The notes below the pieces were generated by a model. It was not told the origin of the DNA and did no database searches. It saw only the letters and a list, made by a program, of their open reading frames with translations. The position numbers and the translations under genes were made by a program. A stretch of DNA of 64,000 nucleotides from Chloroflexota bacterium (lineage in GTDB: Bacteria; Chloroflexota; Limnocylindria; Limnocylindrales; CSP1-4). Location: assembly GCA_947475545.1 (NCBI GenBank), contig CANJLL010000002.1:144950-208949 (forward strand). Reading direction: 5' to 3'. Positions 37,715-48,698 of the stretch are shown here, in pieces; positions within the stretch are counted from its first letter, which is position 1; each line of letters begins with the position of its first letter.

Positions 37715-40066
37715 CTAGTAGGTCAGCCGGACCGCGGCACCATCGAGTGAGAACGTCCTCGACGTCGAGCTGGCCACGTCGATGACCCGGACCCGGAAGT
37801 TCGTCCCGAAGTCCGCCGCGGACCACGCTCGCCCCCACAGGTCCGCCGTGGTGCCCAACGTGTAGGTGGTCAGGGTGGTGCCCAGGTTCGCCGTGAGCTT
37901 ACCGGTGGTCCAGCTGGTCCCTCCGTTCCAGGAGAGCTGGACGCAGAACTTGGGCGAGCTGCTCGAGGAGTTCACCTGACCGCGGAGCTGGACCTCGATC
38001 CCCTTGACCGCGGCCGCTCCGGGCAGGCCGAAGCCGTACCCGGACAGGAGCTCCTTGTCACGGAGGGTGCTGGTACAGGACTGGCTGGAGCCGGTCCCGC
38101 TGTTGGCATCCGTCGCAAGGTTCCCATCAAAGGCGAACAGGTTGGCGGCGTTCGACTCATAGCCGTTGTTGTCACCGGCACCGCTCGTCACCGCGGCGGC
38201 GGTCGTCGGGAAGATCCAGGCGGTCTGGGTCGGCGTGGGGGTCGGCGACGGGGAAGGCGTCGGCGACGGGACCGGTGAAGGGGACGGAGTGGGGACGGGC
38301 GTCGGCGCGGGGTCCGGCTGGGCGACGCAGTTGGGCAGGGTGAACGACGCGATACGCGTCCGCCACGGCGCCGAGCCGGTCGTCTGGACGTACTCGCTGG
38401 TAAACCAGAAGGTGCAGTTGTCCGTGGGATCCACGGCCAGCATGCTGTAGTCGCCCCAGCGCGACGCGCTGTGCGTCTGGGCGCCCGTGCCGTTGATGAT
38501 GGTGCCCTCGCCCTGGGGGAGCGTCCCGAGTGGGTCCGTGGCGACGCGCCCGGTGTACCGGATGGACGGATACATGGTGGCTGCCGAGACCGAGTACCCG
38601 AGCGCGATCCCGCCGCTGCCGTTCATCGCCGCGCTGGCCATCCAGCGGTTGTTCGCGTCGGGCGAGAACGTACCCTGCTGGAAGATCACCCAGCCCGAGC
38701 CGGTGTTCCGCAGCTCGTACCAGCGGATGCCCGCGTGATCGGCGCTGTCGACATCCACGGTGTGGTTGACGACCAGTGACTGGTGGTCACCGAAGTTGCG
38801 GTACTGCAGCCGGTACATCAGCCGGTCGGCCAGGGTATCCAGCTTGGCGGTGGTGCCTTGCTGCGGGATGCAGCTCCGCGCGCCGTTGCACAGGTTGTAG
38901 TCGAACGCCGCCGTGGGCAGGGTGGGCGCCACCTTGGTGAAGCTGGAGCTGGCGGTGTTGGCCCAATCCACGTGGAAGTTCCAGATCTGGAGCTGATCGG
39001 GCGAGTAGCCCCAGGCGTCGTCGTCGAACTGCATGAAGGCATTTGGGGCGCCGCTTGGCGGAGTGGGGCCGTCCAGGTCGGACGGGAGCATGCCGCCCAG
39101 CTGGTAGCGCGGATCGCTCGTGTTGGTGGTGTACATGTCGAACTTGACCATCCGGGCGGGCTGGCCCTGGAGCATCTTGTCGCGCTCGAAGACGGCGACG
39201 CCCTGGCCGCCCCACGACGTGCCGTTGGTGAACTGGTTGACGGACATGTAGTACCCGTCCGGCCAGACGCCGAAGTGCGGGTAGTCGTTCATCTTGGTGG
39301 TGCTGTACAGGAAGTCGTAGCGGTACCAGGCACCGGTCGGATCCGGCGTCTGCGAGATTGCGATGCACTCGTGGTAGCCGGCTGCTCCACCCGGGAGCGC
39401 GAACTGGCTGACCATCCAGCGATCCGCGAGCGGGTCGTACAGGACGATTGGATCCCCATCGTTGCGGGTCTCGCAGTAGCCGCCGAAGCCGGCCCAGATG
39501 GTGTTGCCGTTGGTTGGCCCGTAGAGGACGGTCCCGGACTTGCTGTAGACGGCCAGGCTCAGGTTGACGAACTGGACGTAGTGGTTGGGGCCCACGTCGC
39601 CGTTCGTGTCCGGCGGCAGCACGCCGTTGCGATTGTTGATGCCCTCGAAGCTCTGGATGGGCGCGGAGACGGATGTCGCCGAGACGGGGCCTGCGGGCTG
39701 GAGAGCGGGATCGAGCGCCGCGCTGCCGGAGGCTCCCCTGCCCGGGGCTCCCGGGCCGTCGCGCCCGGCGATGATCTTCTTCGGCTTCACATTGGACGGG
39801 TCGTCCACGACGGGGGTGTAGCTGAGCTGGGTGGGCATCCCGGCCAGGGGGGCCGACACGTCGTGCCGCTCAGCCTGGACCACCGTGAACGGGCCGTCCA
39901 CACCGGCTCCACGGTCCCCGCCACCGACCGACACCCCGACTGGCGCGTTGGCCCCACGGTCGGACACGGCTGCCGGGGTGAGCGCCGACGACAGGATTGA
40001 CATCGTCACGACCACGGCGACGCCGGCGATTGCGGCGGCGAACCAGGTGCGTCGCGGAAGGCGCAT
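37715..40066 (-). CDS. Large secreted hypothetical protein
   Basis: Signal peptide; PPDTNGDVGPNHYVQ, DGDPIVLYD and SRWGDYS; a PT linker; Thr/Ser-rich C-terminal beta domain. Confidence 0.85.
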   Translation of the reverse strand: MRLPRRTWFAAAIAGVAVVVTMSILSSALTPAAVSDRGANAPVGVSVGGGDRGAGVDGPFTVVQAERHDVSAPLAGMPTQLSYTPVVDDPSNVKPKKIIAGRDGPGAPGRGASGSAALDPALQPAGPVSATSVSAPIQSFEGINNRNGVLPPDTNGDVGPNHYVQFVNLSLAVYSKSGTVLYGPTNGNTIWAGFGGYCETRNDGDPIVLYDPLADRWMVSQFALPGGAAGYHECIAISQTPDPTGAWYRYDFLYSTTKMNDYPHFGVWPDGYYMSVNQFTNGTSWGGQGVAVFERDKMLQGQPARMVKFDMYTTNTSDPRYQLGGMLPSDLDGPTPPSGAPNAFMQFDDDAWGYSPDQLQIWNFHVDWANTASSSFTKVAPTLPTAAFDYNLCNGARSCIPQQGTTAKLDTLADRLMYRLQYRNFGDHQSLVVNHTVDVDSADHAGIRWYELRNTGSGWVIFQQGTFSPDANNRWMASAAMNGSGGIALGYSVSAATMYPSIRYTGRVATDPLGTLPQGEGTIINGTGAQTHSASRWGDYSMLAVDPTDNCTFWFTSEYVQTTGSAPWRTRIASFTLPNCVAQPDPAPTPVPTPSPSPVPSPTPSPSPTPTPTQTAWIFPTTAAAVTSGAGDNNGYESNAANLFAFDGNLATDANSGTGSSQSCTSTLRDKELLSGYGFGLPGAAAVKGIEVQLRGQVNSSSSSPKFCVQLSWNGGTSWTTGKLTANLGTTLTTYTLGTTADLWGRAWSAADFGTNFRVRVIDVASSTSRTFSLDGAAVRLTY

Positions 40067-40184
40067 GCGCTGTGACCCCCAGGAGTTGGCTTCAGGTTGG
40101 GACGAGGCGTCATGTTGTCACACGCGGCCGTCGATGGGAATCCCCACAGCCGTACCTCACCCCCCAGACCCAGGTCCGCCCGCG

Positions 40185-40238
40185 GGGCGTCCGCCGGCTC
40201 GGCTTCGACCGCCGGGCGTCCGCCGGCTCGGCTTCGAC
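40185..40238. repeat. 25-bp direct repeat x2 (period 29)
   Basis: GGGCGTCCGCCGGCTCGGCTTCGAC at 40185 and 40214. Confidence 0.75.
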
Positions 40239-40244
40239 TTCGCC

Positions 40245-40904
40245 CTATCCGCCCAGGTAGGTCAGGACCGCCAGGACCCGGCGGTGATCGTTCTCCGTGT
40301 CGGGCAACTCCAGCTTCCCGAAGATGTTGCTGATGTGCTTCTCGGTGGCGCCCTCGCTGATGCCCAGCAGCACGGCGATCCCCATGTTGGTGCGGCCCTC
40401 GGCCATCGCCGCCAGGACCTCCCTCTCGCGCGGGGTCAGCGAGGTGATCCGGTCGTCGGCGCGCCGAGGGACCATGAGCTGGGCGACAACCTCGGGGTCC
40501 AGGGCGGTCCCGCCGCGGGCCACCCGGCGGAGCGCATCCATGAAGTCGCGCACGTCCGCCACGCGGTCCTTGAGGAGATAGCCCACGCCGCCGGCGCGAT
40601 CGGCGAGCAGTTCCGTCGCGTACTGGCGCTCGACGTACTGGCTCAGCACAAGCACCGGGGTCCCGGGGACGCGGCGTCGGGCCTCGATGGCGGCGCGCAG
40701 CCCCTCGTCGCGCTGGGTGGGCGGCATCCGGACGTCGACGACGCTGACGTCGGGGCGGTGCTCCACGACGGCGGCCACCAGCGACGGGCCGTCGGCGACC
40801 TTGGCGACCACCTGGCCGCCGGATTCGGAGATCAGCGAGGCCAGCCCCTCTCGGAGCAAGGCCGAATCTTCGGCGATGACCACCCGGAGCGGCGCGCTGT
40901 CCAC
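40245..40904 (-). CDS. NarL/LuxR-family response regulator
   Basis: VVIAEDSALLREGL, VVDVRMPP, YLLKDRV and LTPREREVL. Confidence 0.93.
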   Translation of the reverse strand: MDSAPLRVVIAEDSALLREGLASLISESGGQVVAKVADGPSLVAAVVEHRPDVSVVDVRMPPTQRDEGLRAAIEARRRVPGTPVLVLSQYVERQYATELLADRAGGVGYLLKDRVADVRDFMDALRRVARGGTALDPEVVAQLMVPRRADDRITSLTPREREVLAAMAEGRTNMGIAVLLGISEGATEKHISNIFGKLELPDTENDHRRVLAVLTYLGG

Positions 40905-41066
40905 GCGCCGATGATGCACCAGCGGGCAGCGCCGCGGGAAGGGGGGCGGCGTGGGACTGCGGTGGATGGGGCCATTCCTCCATCCGGCGGGCGGCGGCAG
41001 GACGGTTGGCCCGTTGACCCCGGTGGGGGGCGTTGGTGATACTGACGCAACGTAGAGGGAGAGCCA

Positions 41067-41747
41067 ATGACTCGTGACGCCGACGTCCCTTCCATGGGCA
41101 GCACGGCCCCCATGGCCGAGACCGAGACCCTGCCTCCGCCCGATTGGGCCGAGGGCGACGCCTCCGTCCACCTCGAGGACCTGGTCGTCGCGCCACTACC
41201 CGAGCTGCACGGGCACTTCAAGGTGGGCGCCTCGTGCAGGATCGAGCTGATCGGCGCGCACCTGCGCCTGCGCGCCACGCTGCTGCTGGGTGGCCATCGC
41301 CGGCTGTCGGACTTCCTGAACAACCACGACGGACTCCTGGAGTGCCGCGACGCCACGGTCTTGCGCCGCAACGGCGTGCCGACCAAGGTCACGGCCAGCA
41401 GCATCTGGGTCAGCCCATCCGACGTCACGCTGATCGGCGACCTTGATGCGGCTGCGGGTCCCGGCTCGCCGCGCGAGTTCGTCCAGCCGCGTGCGCGGCG
41501 CCCGATCGTCGTCGTGACACCTGGCCACACGCTGACCGGGGACGTCTACCTGGCTCCGGAGGCGGAGCTCTCGGTCTTCATCGCGTCGAACTATCCGAGG
41601 TTCCTCCCGCTGACCGGCGTCCGGACCCGCTCGCTCGCGGACCGGCGGATCCTGGCGGGCTACGACTTCGTGCTGCTCAACCGAAGCCAGATCGTCGCGG
41701 TGACGGCGCTCCAGCCCGGCATGGGGACGGGCCGCGCCGCAATCTGA
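41067..41747 (+). CDS. Hypothetical protein with two tandem DUF6812-like units
   Basis: RRLSDFLNN..LECRDATV and HTLTGDVYL..FLPLTGV..VLLNRSQI; RBS GGGAGAG. Confidence 0.6.
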   Translation: MTRDADVPSMGSTAPMAETETLPPPDWAEGDASVHLEDLVVAPLPELHGHFKVGASCRIELIGAHLRLRATLLLGGHRRLSDFLNNHDGLLECRDATVLRRNGVPTKVTASSIWVSPSDVTLIGDLDAAAGPGSPREFVQPRARRPIVVVTPGHTLTGDVYLAPEAELSVFIASNYPRFLPLTGVRTRSLADRRILAGYDFVLLNRSQIVAVTALQPGMGTGRAAI

Positions 41748-41754
41748 ATGCGGT

Positions 41755-41805
41755 GCGACGCGGCACGGCGGGGCGACGCGGCACGGCGGGGCGACGCGGC
41801 ACGGC
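41755..41805. repeat. 18-bp tandem repeat, about three copies
   Basis: GCGACGCGGCACGGCGGG repeated just after the stop at 41747. Confidence 0.75.
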
Positions 41806-41890
41806 CGGGCCTCGCCTACACCCCCGGCCCCAATCGCAGCACCAGGCCGCTTCGGCTGGCCACCAGCGCAAGACGGCCCCACGACCAGCC

Positions 41891-43246
41891 TCAGACCAGG
41901 CGGGCGAACAGCTCGTTCGAGAGGAGACGGCCCGTCGTCGTCAGGGCCACGCGACCGCCGGGTGCCTCGGCCACGAAGCCGCCTTCCAGCGCCCAGGCCA
42001 GGTGCGGAGCCAGCGACCCTGCCTCGGCCTCGGCGAGCGAGAGGCCCGTGTCGAGCCGAAGGGCGAGGATCGCGGCCTCGGCGGCCGCGGTGCGCGCGTC
42101 CAGGGTCTCCGATCCGCCGGGCGGCGGCTCGGGCGGCTCGTGCGGGGCGCCCGGCGTGCCCAGCAGCGCCGCCAGATAGCCGTCCAGCCTGGCGCCATTC
42201 CAGCGCCGAGTGGTCCCGTCGAACGCGTGGGCCCCCGGGCCCACGGCCTCGTACGGGAGGCGCTGCCAGTAGGCCAAGTTGTGCCGGCTCTCGTGCCCGG
42301 GACGTGCCCAGTTGCTGATCTCGTAGCCCCGGAAGCCGGCCGACGCCAGCCGCTCCACCGCCAGGCGGTACTGGTCCGCCGCGCGGTCATCGTCCTGGCG
42401 GGCGCGGGCACGTTCCCGCCAGCGGCGCGCGCCGGCCGTCGCGGGGAGGTGGTCCCCGCCGGGCCCGGTGAGTCCTTCCGCGTCCGGGTCGTCGAGCGTC
42501 AGCGCGTAGAGGGAGAGGTGCTCCGGGCCCAGCCCAATCGCGGCGTCCAGCGAGGCGGCCCAGCGCTCCAGCGTTCCACCGGGAATGTCGTAGAGCAGGT
42601 CCAGGTTGATCGACGCGATGCCGGCGCCCCTCGCCAGGTCAAGGGCCGCGGCCACGTCGGCGGGCTTATGGCGACGGCCGAGCGCGCGCAGCTCGGCGGG
42701 GTCAAGGCTCTGGACCCCGAACGACACGCGGTTCACGCCAGCTGCGGCAAACCCGGCAAGGTCGCCCCGATCGTCGGTGCCCGGGTTGGCCTCCAGCGTG
42801 ATCTCTGCGCCGGCCGCCATCCCGAATCGCCGCGCGATCAGCTCCAGGAGGCCGCCAACCGCCGCGGCAGCGAGCAGCGACGGCGTGCCCCCACCCAGGT
42901 AGACGCTCCGGAGCGCCGGGCGGGCACTCCCCCACCGCTCGTCGAGCGCATCGGCGCGCAGGCGCAGCTCGGCGGTCAGCGCCTCCACGAAGGGCACCAC
43001 CTGGCTGCGCGGCCCCCGCGCGAGGGCCCCCGCGTAGACGACGAAGTCGCAGTAGGGGCAGAGCGAGACGCAGAACGGGACGTGGACGTACAGGGCGACG
43101 GGTGGCGCGGCGCGTGGGGCGGCCAGGGCCGGGTCAGGGGACTGGGCCGGGGACCCGCCGGTGGTCGTGCCGGTCGTGCTGGCCGCCCCCAGGTCAGGCT
43201 GGGGCGCACCCGCGCCGGGCGAGGCGGGCAGTGGGCCCGCCGTCAT
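41891..43246 (-). CDS. hemW: Radical SAM heme chaperone HemW (HemN-like)
   Basis: LYVHVPFCVSLCPYCDF, YLGGGTPS and YEISNWA..SRHNLAYW; lies downstream of lepA. Confidence 0.9.
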   Translation of the reverse strand: MTAGPLPASPGAGAPQPDLGAASTTGTTTGGSPAQSPDPALAAPRAAPPVALYVHVPFCVSLCPYCDFVVYAGALARGPRSQVVPFVEALTAELRLRADALDERWGSARPALRSVYLGGGTPSLLAAAAVGGLLELIARRFGMAAGAEITLEANPGTDDRGDLAGFAAAGVNRVSFGVQSLDPAELRALGRRHKPADVAAALDLARGAGIASINLDLLYDIPGGTLERWAASLDAAIGLGPEHLSLYALTLDDPDAEGLTGPGGDHLPATAGARRWRERARARQDDDRAADQYRLAVERLASAGFRGYEISNWARPGHESRHNLAYWQRLPYEAVGPGAHAFDGTTRRWNGARLDGYLAALLGTPGAPHEPPEPPPGGSETLDARTAAAEAAILALRLDTGLSLAEAEAGSLAPHLAWALEGGFVAEAPGGRVALTTTGRLLSNELFARLV

Positions 43247-44013
43247 CGATCGCGCGTGGTCTGGCTTCGGGTGGGAATGGTCCGCCACCCGTCGGGCGGC
43301 CGCCGGCGGCGCTCGATCTCCTCGGCCTCGCGGCCCTTCGGCAGCGGCGAGCCGGCGTGGCCCGTGACCAGGAAGACCGATGTGCGCATGACGGCGTGGC
43401 CGAAGAATGCGGCCGCGAACCCACCCGACACCACGGTCACCCAGCCGCCCAGGAACCCCGCCACCAGGGCGAGCGCGAACATGTACGGATCCCGCCCCGG
43501 CGCCCCGGCCCGCGTCGAGAGCACGTAGACCAGCGCCTGGATGATCACCGCGGCCATCGTGTTGACCCCCGCGATGACGAGGAAGCCCAGCAGCGCGCCG
43601 CGGAAGATTGCCTCGTCCAGGAAGGCCGTGACGACGTCGTTGACCAGCGCGCCTGGGTACGCACGGGCGTCCGGCAGCCGGACCTTGCCGTAGCGATACC
43701 AGGAGTACCCGACGGCCTGGGCAGCCCCGACCAGCGCGTAGAGCAGGCCGAGGAGGATCGTGGCGCCGCGATCACCGGTGCCCAGGTAGAGCTCGCGCGA
43801 AGGCGCGGGATGGAGCACGATCACGGCGAGGACCAGCGCCGCGCCCAGCCCGTACCAGGCCAGTCGCCGGAGCCTGGAGGGCGGTCGACCGTCGGTGGGC
43901 TCGTCGTACTCGGCGGCGCCAAAGCGCTGCGCGTCGAGGCGCAGGAGGACCAGGAGCAGGGTCAGACCAAGGGCGATCAGGACACGGAGCGGATCCGGGA
44001 TCGACCCGATCAT
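43243..44013 (-). CDS. CPBP (CAAX protease-like) intramembrane protein
   Basis: Multiple TM helices; FLDEAIFRG and FFGHAVMR. Confidence 0.7.
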   Translation of the reverse strand: MIGSIPDPLRVLIALGLTLLLVLLRLDAQRFGAAEYDEPTDGRPPSRLRRLAWYGLGAALVLAVIVLHPAPSRELYLGTGDRGATILLGLLYALVGAAQAVGYSWYRYGKVRLPDARAYPGALVNDVVTAFLDEAIFRGALLGFLVIAGVNTMAAVIIQALVYVLSTRAGAPGRDPYMFALALVAGFLGGWVTVVSGGFAAAFFGHAVMRTSVFLVTGHAGSPLPKGREAEEIERRRRPPDGWRTIPTRSQTTRDR

Positions 44014-44018
44014 CAGTC

Positions 44019-45827
44019 TTACTCCTCCCCCATCCCCAGGATGGCCAGGAAGGCCTCCTGCGGAATCTCCACCGATCCAACCCGCTTCATGCGCTGCTTG
44101 CCTTCCTTCTGCTTCTCCAGCAGCTTGCGCTTGCGGCTGATGTCACCACCGTAGCACTTGGCCAGCACGTTCTTGCGCATGGCCCGGACGGTCTCGCGGG
44201 CAATGACGTTGCTGCCGATCGCCGCCTGGATGGGGATCTCGAACATCTGGCGCGGGATCAGGATCTTCAGGCGCTCCGTCAGCTGGCGGCCCAGCGACTG
44301 TGCCTTGTCCCGGTGGCAGATCAGGGACAGGGCATCGACAGGCTCGCCGTTGACCATGATGTCGACCTTGACCAGGTTGGCGGCCCGGTAGTCGGTCTCC
44401 TCGTAGTCCATCGAGGCGTAGCCCGCTGTCCGGCTCTTGAGCTGGTCGTAGAAGTCGACGATCAGCTCGGCCAGCGGCAGCTCGAACTTCAGCAGGACAC
44501 GCTGCGGGTCCAGGTAGTCCATCCCCTCGAACGCGCCGCGGCGGTTGGTGGCCAGCTCCATGAGCGGGCCGATGTAGGTCGATGGCGTCACGATCGAGAG
44601 GCGCACCCACGGCTCGCGGATCTCCTCGATCGTCCCGGAGGACGGCAGGAGCGACGGGTTATCGATCGTGATCACGGGCCCATGGATGAGCTGCACCTGG
44701 TACTCGACGGATGGCGCGGAGGCGATCAGGTCCAGGCTGAACTCGCGCTCCAGGCGCTCCTGGACAATCTCCATGTGGAGGAGTCCCAGGAAGCCGCACC
44801 GGAAGCCAAACCCCAGGGCCACCGAGCTCTCCGGCTCGTAGGTGAACGACGCGTCGTTGAGGTGCAGCTTCTCCAGCGCGTCGCGCAGGAGCGGGTAGTC
44901 CTCGCCGGAGAGCGGGTAGAGGCCGGCGAAGACCAGGCTCTTGGCCTCCTGGTAGCCGGGCAGCGCCTCTGCCGCGGGCCGGACGGCGCTGGTCAGCGTG
45001 TCGCCCACCTGCGCTTCGCGGACGTTCTTGAGGCCCGTCGCGGCGTAGCCCACCTCGCCCGCGACCAGCAGCTGGACCGGCACCAGCTGCGGCCGGAAGA
45101 CGCCCAGCTCCAGCATCTCGCTCTCGGCACCCGACGCCATCAGGCGGATCCGGTCATGGGCGTGGAGGGTGCCGGCGGCCAGCCGCACGTAGTTGATGAC
45201 GCCCTTGTAGGCGTCGTAGTGGGAGTCGAAGATCAGGGCCTTGAGCGGCGCCTCCGGGTCGCCCTTGGGCGGCGGGATGCGGGCGACCACGGCTTCGAGG
45301 ATGTCGACGATCCCGATACCTTCCTTGGCCGATGCCAGGATGACCTCCTCGCGCGGGATCGCGAGGATGTTCTCCAGCTCCTCCATCACCACCTCGGGCT
45401 GGGCGGAGGGGAGGTCGATCTTGTTGATGACCGGCACGATCGTCAGGCCCTCCTTGAGGGCCAGGTGGACGTTCGCCAGGGTCTGCGCCTCGATGCCCTG
45501 GGCCGCGTCCACCACGAGGATGGCGCCCTCGCACGCCTGCAGGCTGCGACTGACCTCGTAGCTGAAGTCGACGTGGCCGGGCGTGTCGATGAGGTTCAGG
45601 CCGTAGACCAGGCCGTCCTTGGCCAGGTACTCCAGGCGGACGGCGCGCGCCTTGATGGTGATGCCCTTCTCGCGCTCCAGGTCCATGGAGTCCAGGACCT
45701 GGGACATCATCTGGCGGCCTTCGACCGTGTGCGTCACCTCCAGCAACCGGTCGGCCAGTGTGGACTTGCCGTGGTCGATATGGGCGATGATCGAGAAGTT
45801 GCGGAGGCGGTCCTGCGGGATGGTCAC
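44019..45827 (-). CDS. lepA: Elongation factor 4
   Basis: [27 protein letters not shown] and [23 protein letters not shown]. Confidence 0.98.
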   Translation of the reverse strand: MTIPQDRLRNFSIIAHIDHGKSTLADRLLEVTHTVEGRQMMSQVLDSMDLEREKGITIKARAVRLEYLAKDGLVYGLNLIDTPGHVDFSYEVSRSLQACEGAILVVDAAQGIEAQTLANVHLALKEGLTIVPVINKIDLPSAQPEVVMEELENILAIPREEVILASAKEGIGIVDILEAVVARIPPPKGDPEAPLKALIFDSHYDAYKGVINYVRLAAGTLHAHDRIRLMASGAESEMLELGVFRPQLVPVQLLVAGEVGYAATGLKNVREAQVGDTLTSAVRPAAEALPGYQEAKSLVFAGLYPLSGEDYPLLRDALEKLHLNDASFTYEPESSVALGFGFRCGFLGLLHMEIVQERLEREFSLDLIASAPSVEYQVQLIHGPVITIDNPSLLPSSGTIEEIREPWVRLSIVTPSTYIGPLMELATNRRGAFEGMDYLDPQRVLLKFELPLAELIVDFYDQLKSRTAGYASMDYEETDYRAANLVKVDIMVNGEPVDALSLICHRDKAQSLGRQLTERLKILIPRQMFEIPIQAAIGSNVIARETVRAMRKNVLAKCYGGDISRKRKLLEKQKEGKQRMKRVGSVEIPQEAFLAILGMGEE

Positions 45828-45958
45828 GACGCCGGAGTGTAGCCGGTCCGGGGGTGGTACCTCCCGAGGTGGCGGGCGAGCCCTCCGCGGGCCCTGTGCC
45901 CGTCTGCTCGGCCAGCCGCGCAAATGCTGCGTTAACAGCCGCGCGTATGCTGAGCGAG

Positions 45959-46648
45959 ATGGCACGCACCATCCTCGTGGTCGAGGACGAACCCACCCTG
46001 CGCGAGACGCTGATGGAGGCGCTCGAAGGCGAGGGCTACCGTGCGATCGGTGCGGGCGACGGCCGCGAGGCCCTCGTGCGCTTCCGCGCGGACCGGCCTG
46101 ACCTGATCCTCCTTGACCTGATGCTCCCCGAGCTTTCAGGGATCGAGGTCTGCCGGATCATCCGCGCCGAATCGGGGGTCCCCATCGTGATGCTGACCGC
46201 GCGCAGCTCCGAGGTGGACAAGGTGGTGGGCCTGGAGCTTGGCGCCGACGACTACGTGACCAAGCCATTCAGCGTTCGGGAGCTGTCCGCTCGAATCCGG
46301 GCCATCTTCCGGCGCGGCGAGCAGGTCTCGGCCGCGCCGCCCGCGCTGGTCGACCTGGGGCCCGTCCAGGTGGACCTGGCCGGGCATCGGGTCCTTCGGG
46401 ACGGCGAGCCGGTCCCGCTCAAGCCCAAGGCCTTCGAGCTCTTCGCCTTCCTGGTCCGGAATGCCGGCCAGGTCTTCACCCGCGACCAGCTGCTGGAGCG
46501 GGTCTGGGGCTACAACTACGCCGGCGAGACGCGGACGGTGGACGTCCACGTCCACTGGCTGCGAGCCGCCATCGAGCCCGACCCGGCGCAACCACAGCTC
46601 ATCCACACGGTCCGCGGCGTGGGCTACGTCTTCCGCCGACCCGGCTGA
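45959..46648 (+). CDS. OmpR/PhoB-family response regulator (PhoP/RegX3-like)
   Basis: [24 protein letters not shown] and TRTVDVHV; adjacent to phoU-pst. Confidence 0.93.
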   Translation: MARTILVVEDEPTLRETLMEALEGEGYRAIGAGDGREALVRFRADRPDLILLDLMLPELSGIEVCRIIRAESGVPIVMLTARSSEVDKVVGLELGADDYVTKPFSVRELSARIRAIFRRGEQVSAAPPALVDLGPVQVDLAGHRVLRDGEPVPLKPKAFELFAFLVRNAGQVFTRDQLLERVWGYNYAGETRTVDVHVHWLRAAIEPDPAQPQLIHTVRGVGYVFRRPG

Positions 46649-46652
46649 GCCG

Positions 46653-47336
46653 CTAGGGGTTGAGGTCCTCGACCTGGCCGATCGCCAGGTAGACGACGTC
46701 CTCCGCGATGTTGGTCACCCGGTCGCCGATCCGCTCCAGGTAGTAGGCGGCGAACAGGACGAAGGCGCCGGGCTCCACGTTGGCCGGGTCGGCCTGCATG
46801 CTCCCGATCGTCTCCGTGAACGTCCGGCCATACAGGTGGTCCAGCTCATCGTCCCTCTGGGCGACCACGCGAGCGGCTTCCGGGTCCAGGTCCACCAGCG
46901 CGCGCAGGATCCCGTGGAGTTGCTCCGCGGCAAGCTCCCCCATCCTCGGCAGATCGCTGGCGCGGCCGGGACGAGTGGCGGTGCCCAGCTTGAGGGCCTG
47001 CTTGGCGACTGACGCCGCGTGATCCCCCATCCGCTCCAGCTCGCTGGCCACGTGGTCGAGGGCCATGAGGAAGCGCAGGTCGCGAGCCACAGGTGCCTGG
47101 GTGGCGATGGTCAGCGCGATCCGCTGCGAGACGGACCGCTGCGCCTCGTTGACCTGGCCATCGCTGCGGATCACCGCCAGCGCAGAGTCCGCATCGTGGC
47201 TGACGAGGGCCGCGATGGCGGCCCGGATCTGGGCCTCCACCAGGGAGCCCATGCGGAGGATCTCGTCCTTGATCTCGCGTTCGCCGCGGTCGAGGGCGAG
47301 ACGCTGAGGCGGCTGCGCCGCAGGCTGCTCATGCAT
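46653..47336 (-). CDS. phoU: Phosphate signalling protein PhoU
   Basis: QAPVARDLR, ELERMGDHA and LERIGDRVTNIAE. Confidence 0.95.
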   Translation of the reverse strand: MHEQPAAQPPQRLALDRGEREIKDEILRMGSLVEAQIRAAIAALVSHDADSALAVIRSDGQVNEAQRSVSQRIALTIATQAPVARDLRFLMALDHVASELERMGDHAASVAKQALKLGTATRPGRASDLPRMGELAAEQLHGILRALVDLDPEAARVVAQRDDELDHLYGRTFTETIGSMQADPANVEPGAFVLFAAYYLERIGDRVTNIAEDVVYLAIGQVEDLNP

Positions 47337-47354
47337 TCGGACTCATGTCTCCCT

Positions 47355-47768
47355 TCAGACCAGCTCACGCTCGTCCGAGCGAACGCGCTCGGTGAGTGCC
47401 ATCACGATGCCCAGCCGGACAGCGCCGAACCGGTCCATCAGCCGGACAAATTCCTCACGCCGGATCTCGATGGCCCGGACCTCCGTCTCGGCGACGACCG
47501 TCGCGGTTCGCGGTCGGCCATCCACGAGCGAGATCTCGCCGAAGAAGTCGCCGGGACCAAGGGTCTTGATCAGGCGGCCATGGCGGGCGACCGACGCCCG
47601 TCCCGCTAGCAGCAGGTAGAACGCCACGCCTTCATCACCCTCGGCGGTGATGACCTGACCCTGGCCGAATGTCGTCTCGGATGCCAGCGCCGCCAGCGCA
47701 TCGAGCGCCCGATCGGTCAGGCCCTGGAAGAGTGGGACGCGCTGGAGGTCGTCGAGATTGGCGCGCAT
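47355..47768 (-). CDS. Stand-alone cyclic-nucleotide-binding domain protein
   Basis: VPLFQGL, EGDEG..FYLL and GPGDFFGEISLVDGRPRTATV; no HTH. Confidence 0.9.
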   Translation of the reverse strand: MRANLDDLQRVPLFQGLTDRALDALAALASETTFGQGQVITAEGDEGVAFYLLLAGRASVARHGRLIKTLGPGDFFGEISLVDGRPRTATVVAETEVRAIEIRREEFVRLMDRFGAVRLGIVMALTERVRSDERELV

Positions 47769-47785
47769 GCGTTCCTCCCCGCCTC

Positions 47786-48691
47786 TCAGCCAAACCGGCC
47801 GGAGACGTAGTCTTCGGTGAGCTGGTGCTGCGGGTTGGTGAAGATCCGGCTCGTCGGGCCAAACTCGACCAGGTAGCCCGCCCGGTCATCCCCCATCGTG
47901 AAGAACGCCGTCTGATCGCTGACCCGCGCAGCCTGCTGCATGTTGTGGGTGACGATCACGATCGTGTACGTCTCGCGCAGCTCGGCGATCAGCTCCTCGA
48001 TCCGGAGCGTGGCGATCGGGTCCAGGGCCGATGCCGGCTCGTCCATGAGGATCACCTCGGGATCCACGGCGAGCGCCCGCGCGATGCACAGGCGCTGCTG
48101 CTGGCCGCCGGACAGGCTGGTGCCGTTCTCCTTGAGCTTGTCCTTGACCTCGTTCCAGAGCGCAGCGCGCCGGAGCGACGACTCCACGATGCCGTCCAGC
48201 TCGGACTTTGCGCGGCGGCCCGTCAGACGGACACCCGCGACGACGTTGTCATAGATGGACATGGTCGGGAACGGGTTGGGACGCTGGAAGACCATGCCCA
48301 CGAGCCGGCGGAGCTCGACGGGATCCACATCCGCGGCGTAGACATCGGCACCGTCAAGGCGAACCGAGCCCCCCACCCGGGTACCTGGGATCAGTTCGTG
48401 CATCCGGTTGAGGGTGCGCAGGAACGTGCTCTTGCCACAGCCCGAGGGCCCGATGATCGCCGTCACGGACCGCCCCGGGATCGCGAGATCCACGTCCCGG
48501 ACCGCACGGAACGTCCCGTAGAACACGTTCAGCCCGCGGATCTGGAGCTTGGGACTGGGGGCCGGCTGCTCCGGCATGGCGGCGACGGCATCAAACGCCT
48601 CCGGCCGGGTCGGCGCGCTGCGGTCGGCGGCGGCGGCAGGCTCGGGCACGTTGAGCGCTCCGTTCAGGCTGACTGGAGTCTTGATGGCCAT
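47786..48691 (-). CDS. pstB: Phosphate ABC transporter ATPase
   Basis: [23 protein letters not shown] and [10 protein letters not shown]. Confidence 0.96.
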   Translation of the reverse strand: MAIKTPVSLNGALNVPEPAAAADRSAPTRPEAFDAVAAMPEQPAPSPKLQIRGLNVFYGTFRAVRDVDLAIPGRSVTAIIGPSGCGKSTFLRTLNRMHELIPGTRVGGSVRLDGADVYAADVDPVELRRLVGMVFQRPNPFPTMSIYDNVVAGVRLTGRRAKSELDGIVESSLRRAALWNEVKDKLKENGTSLSGGQQQRLCIARALAVDPEVILMDEPASALDPIATLRIEELIAELRETYTIVIVTHNMQQAARVSDQTAFFTMGDDRAGYLVEFGPTSRIFTNPQHQLTEDYVSGRFG

Positions 48692-48698
48692 GCGTCTC

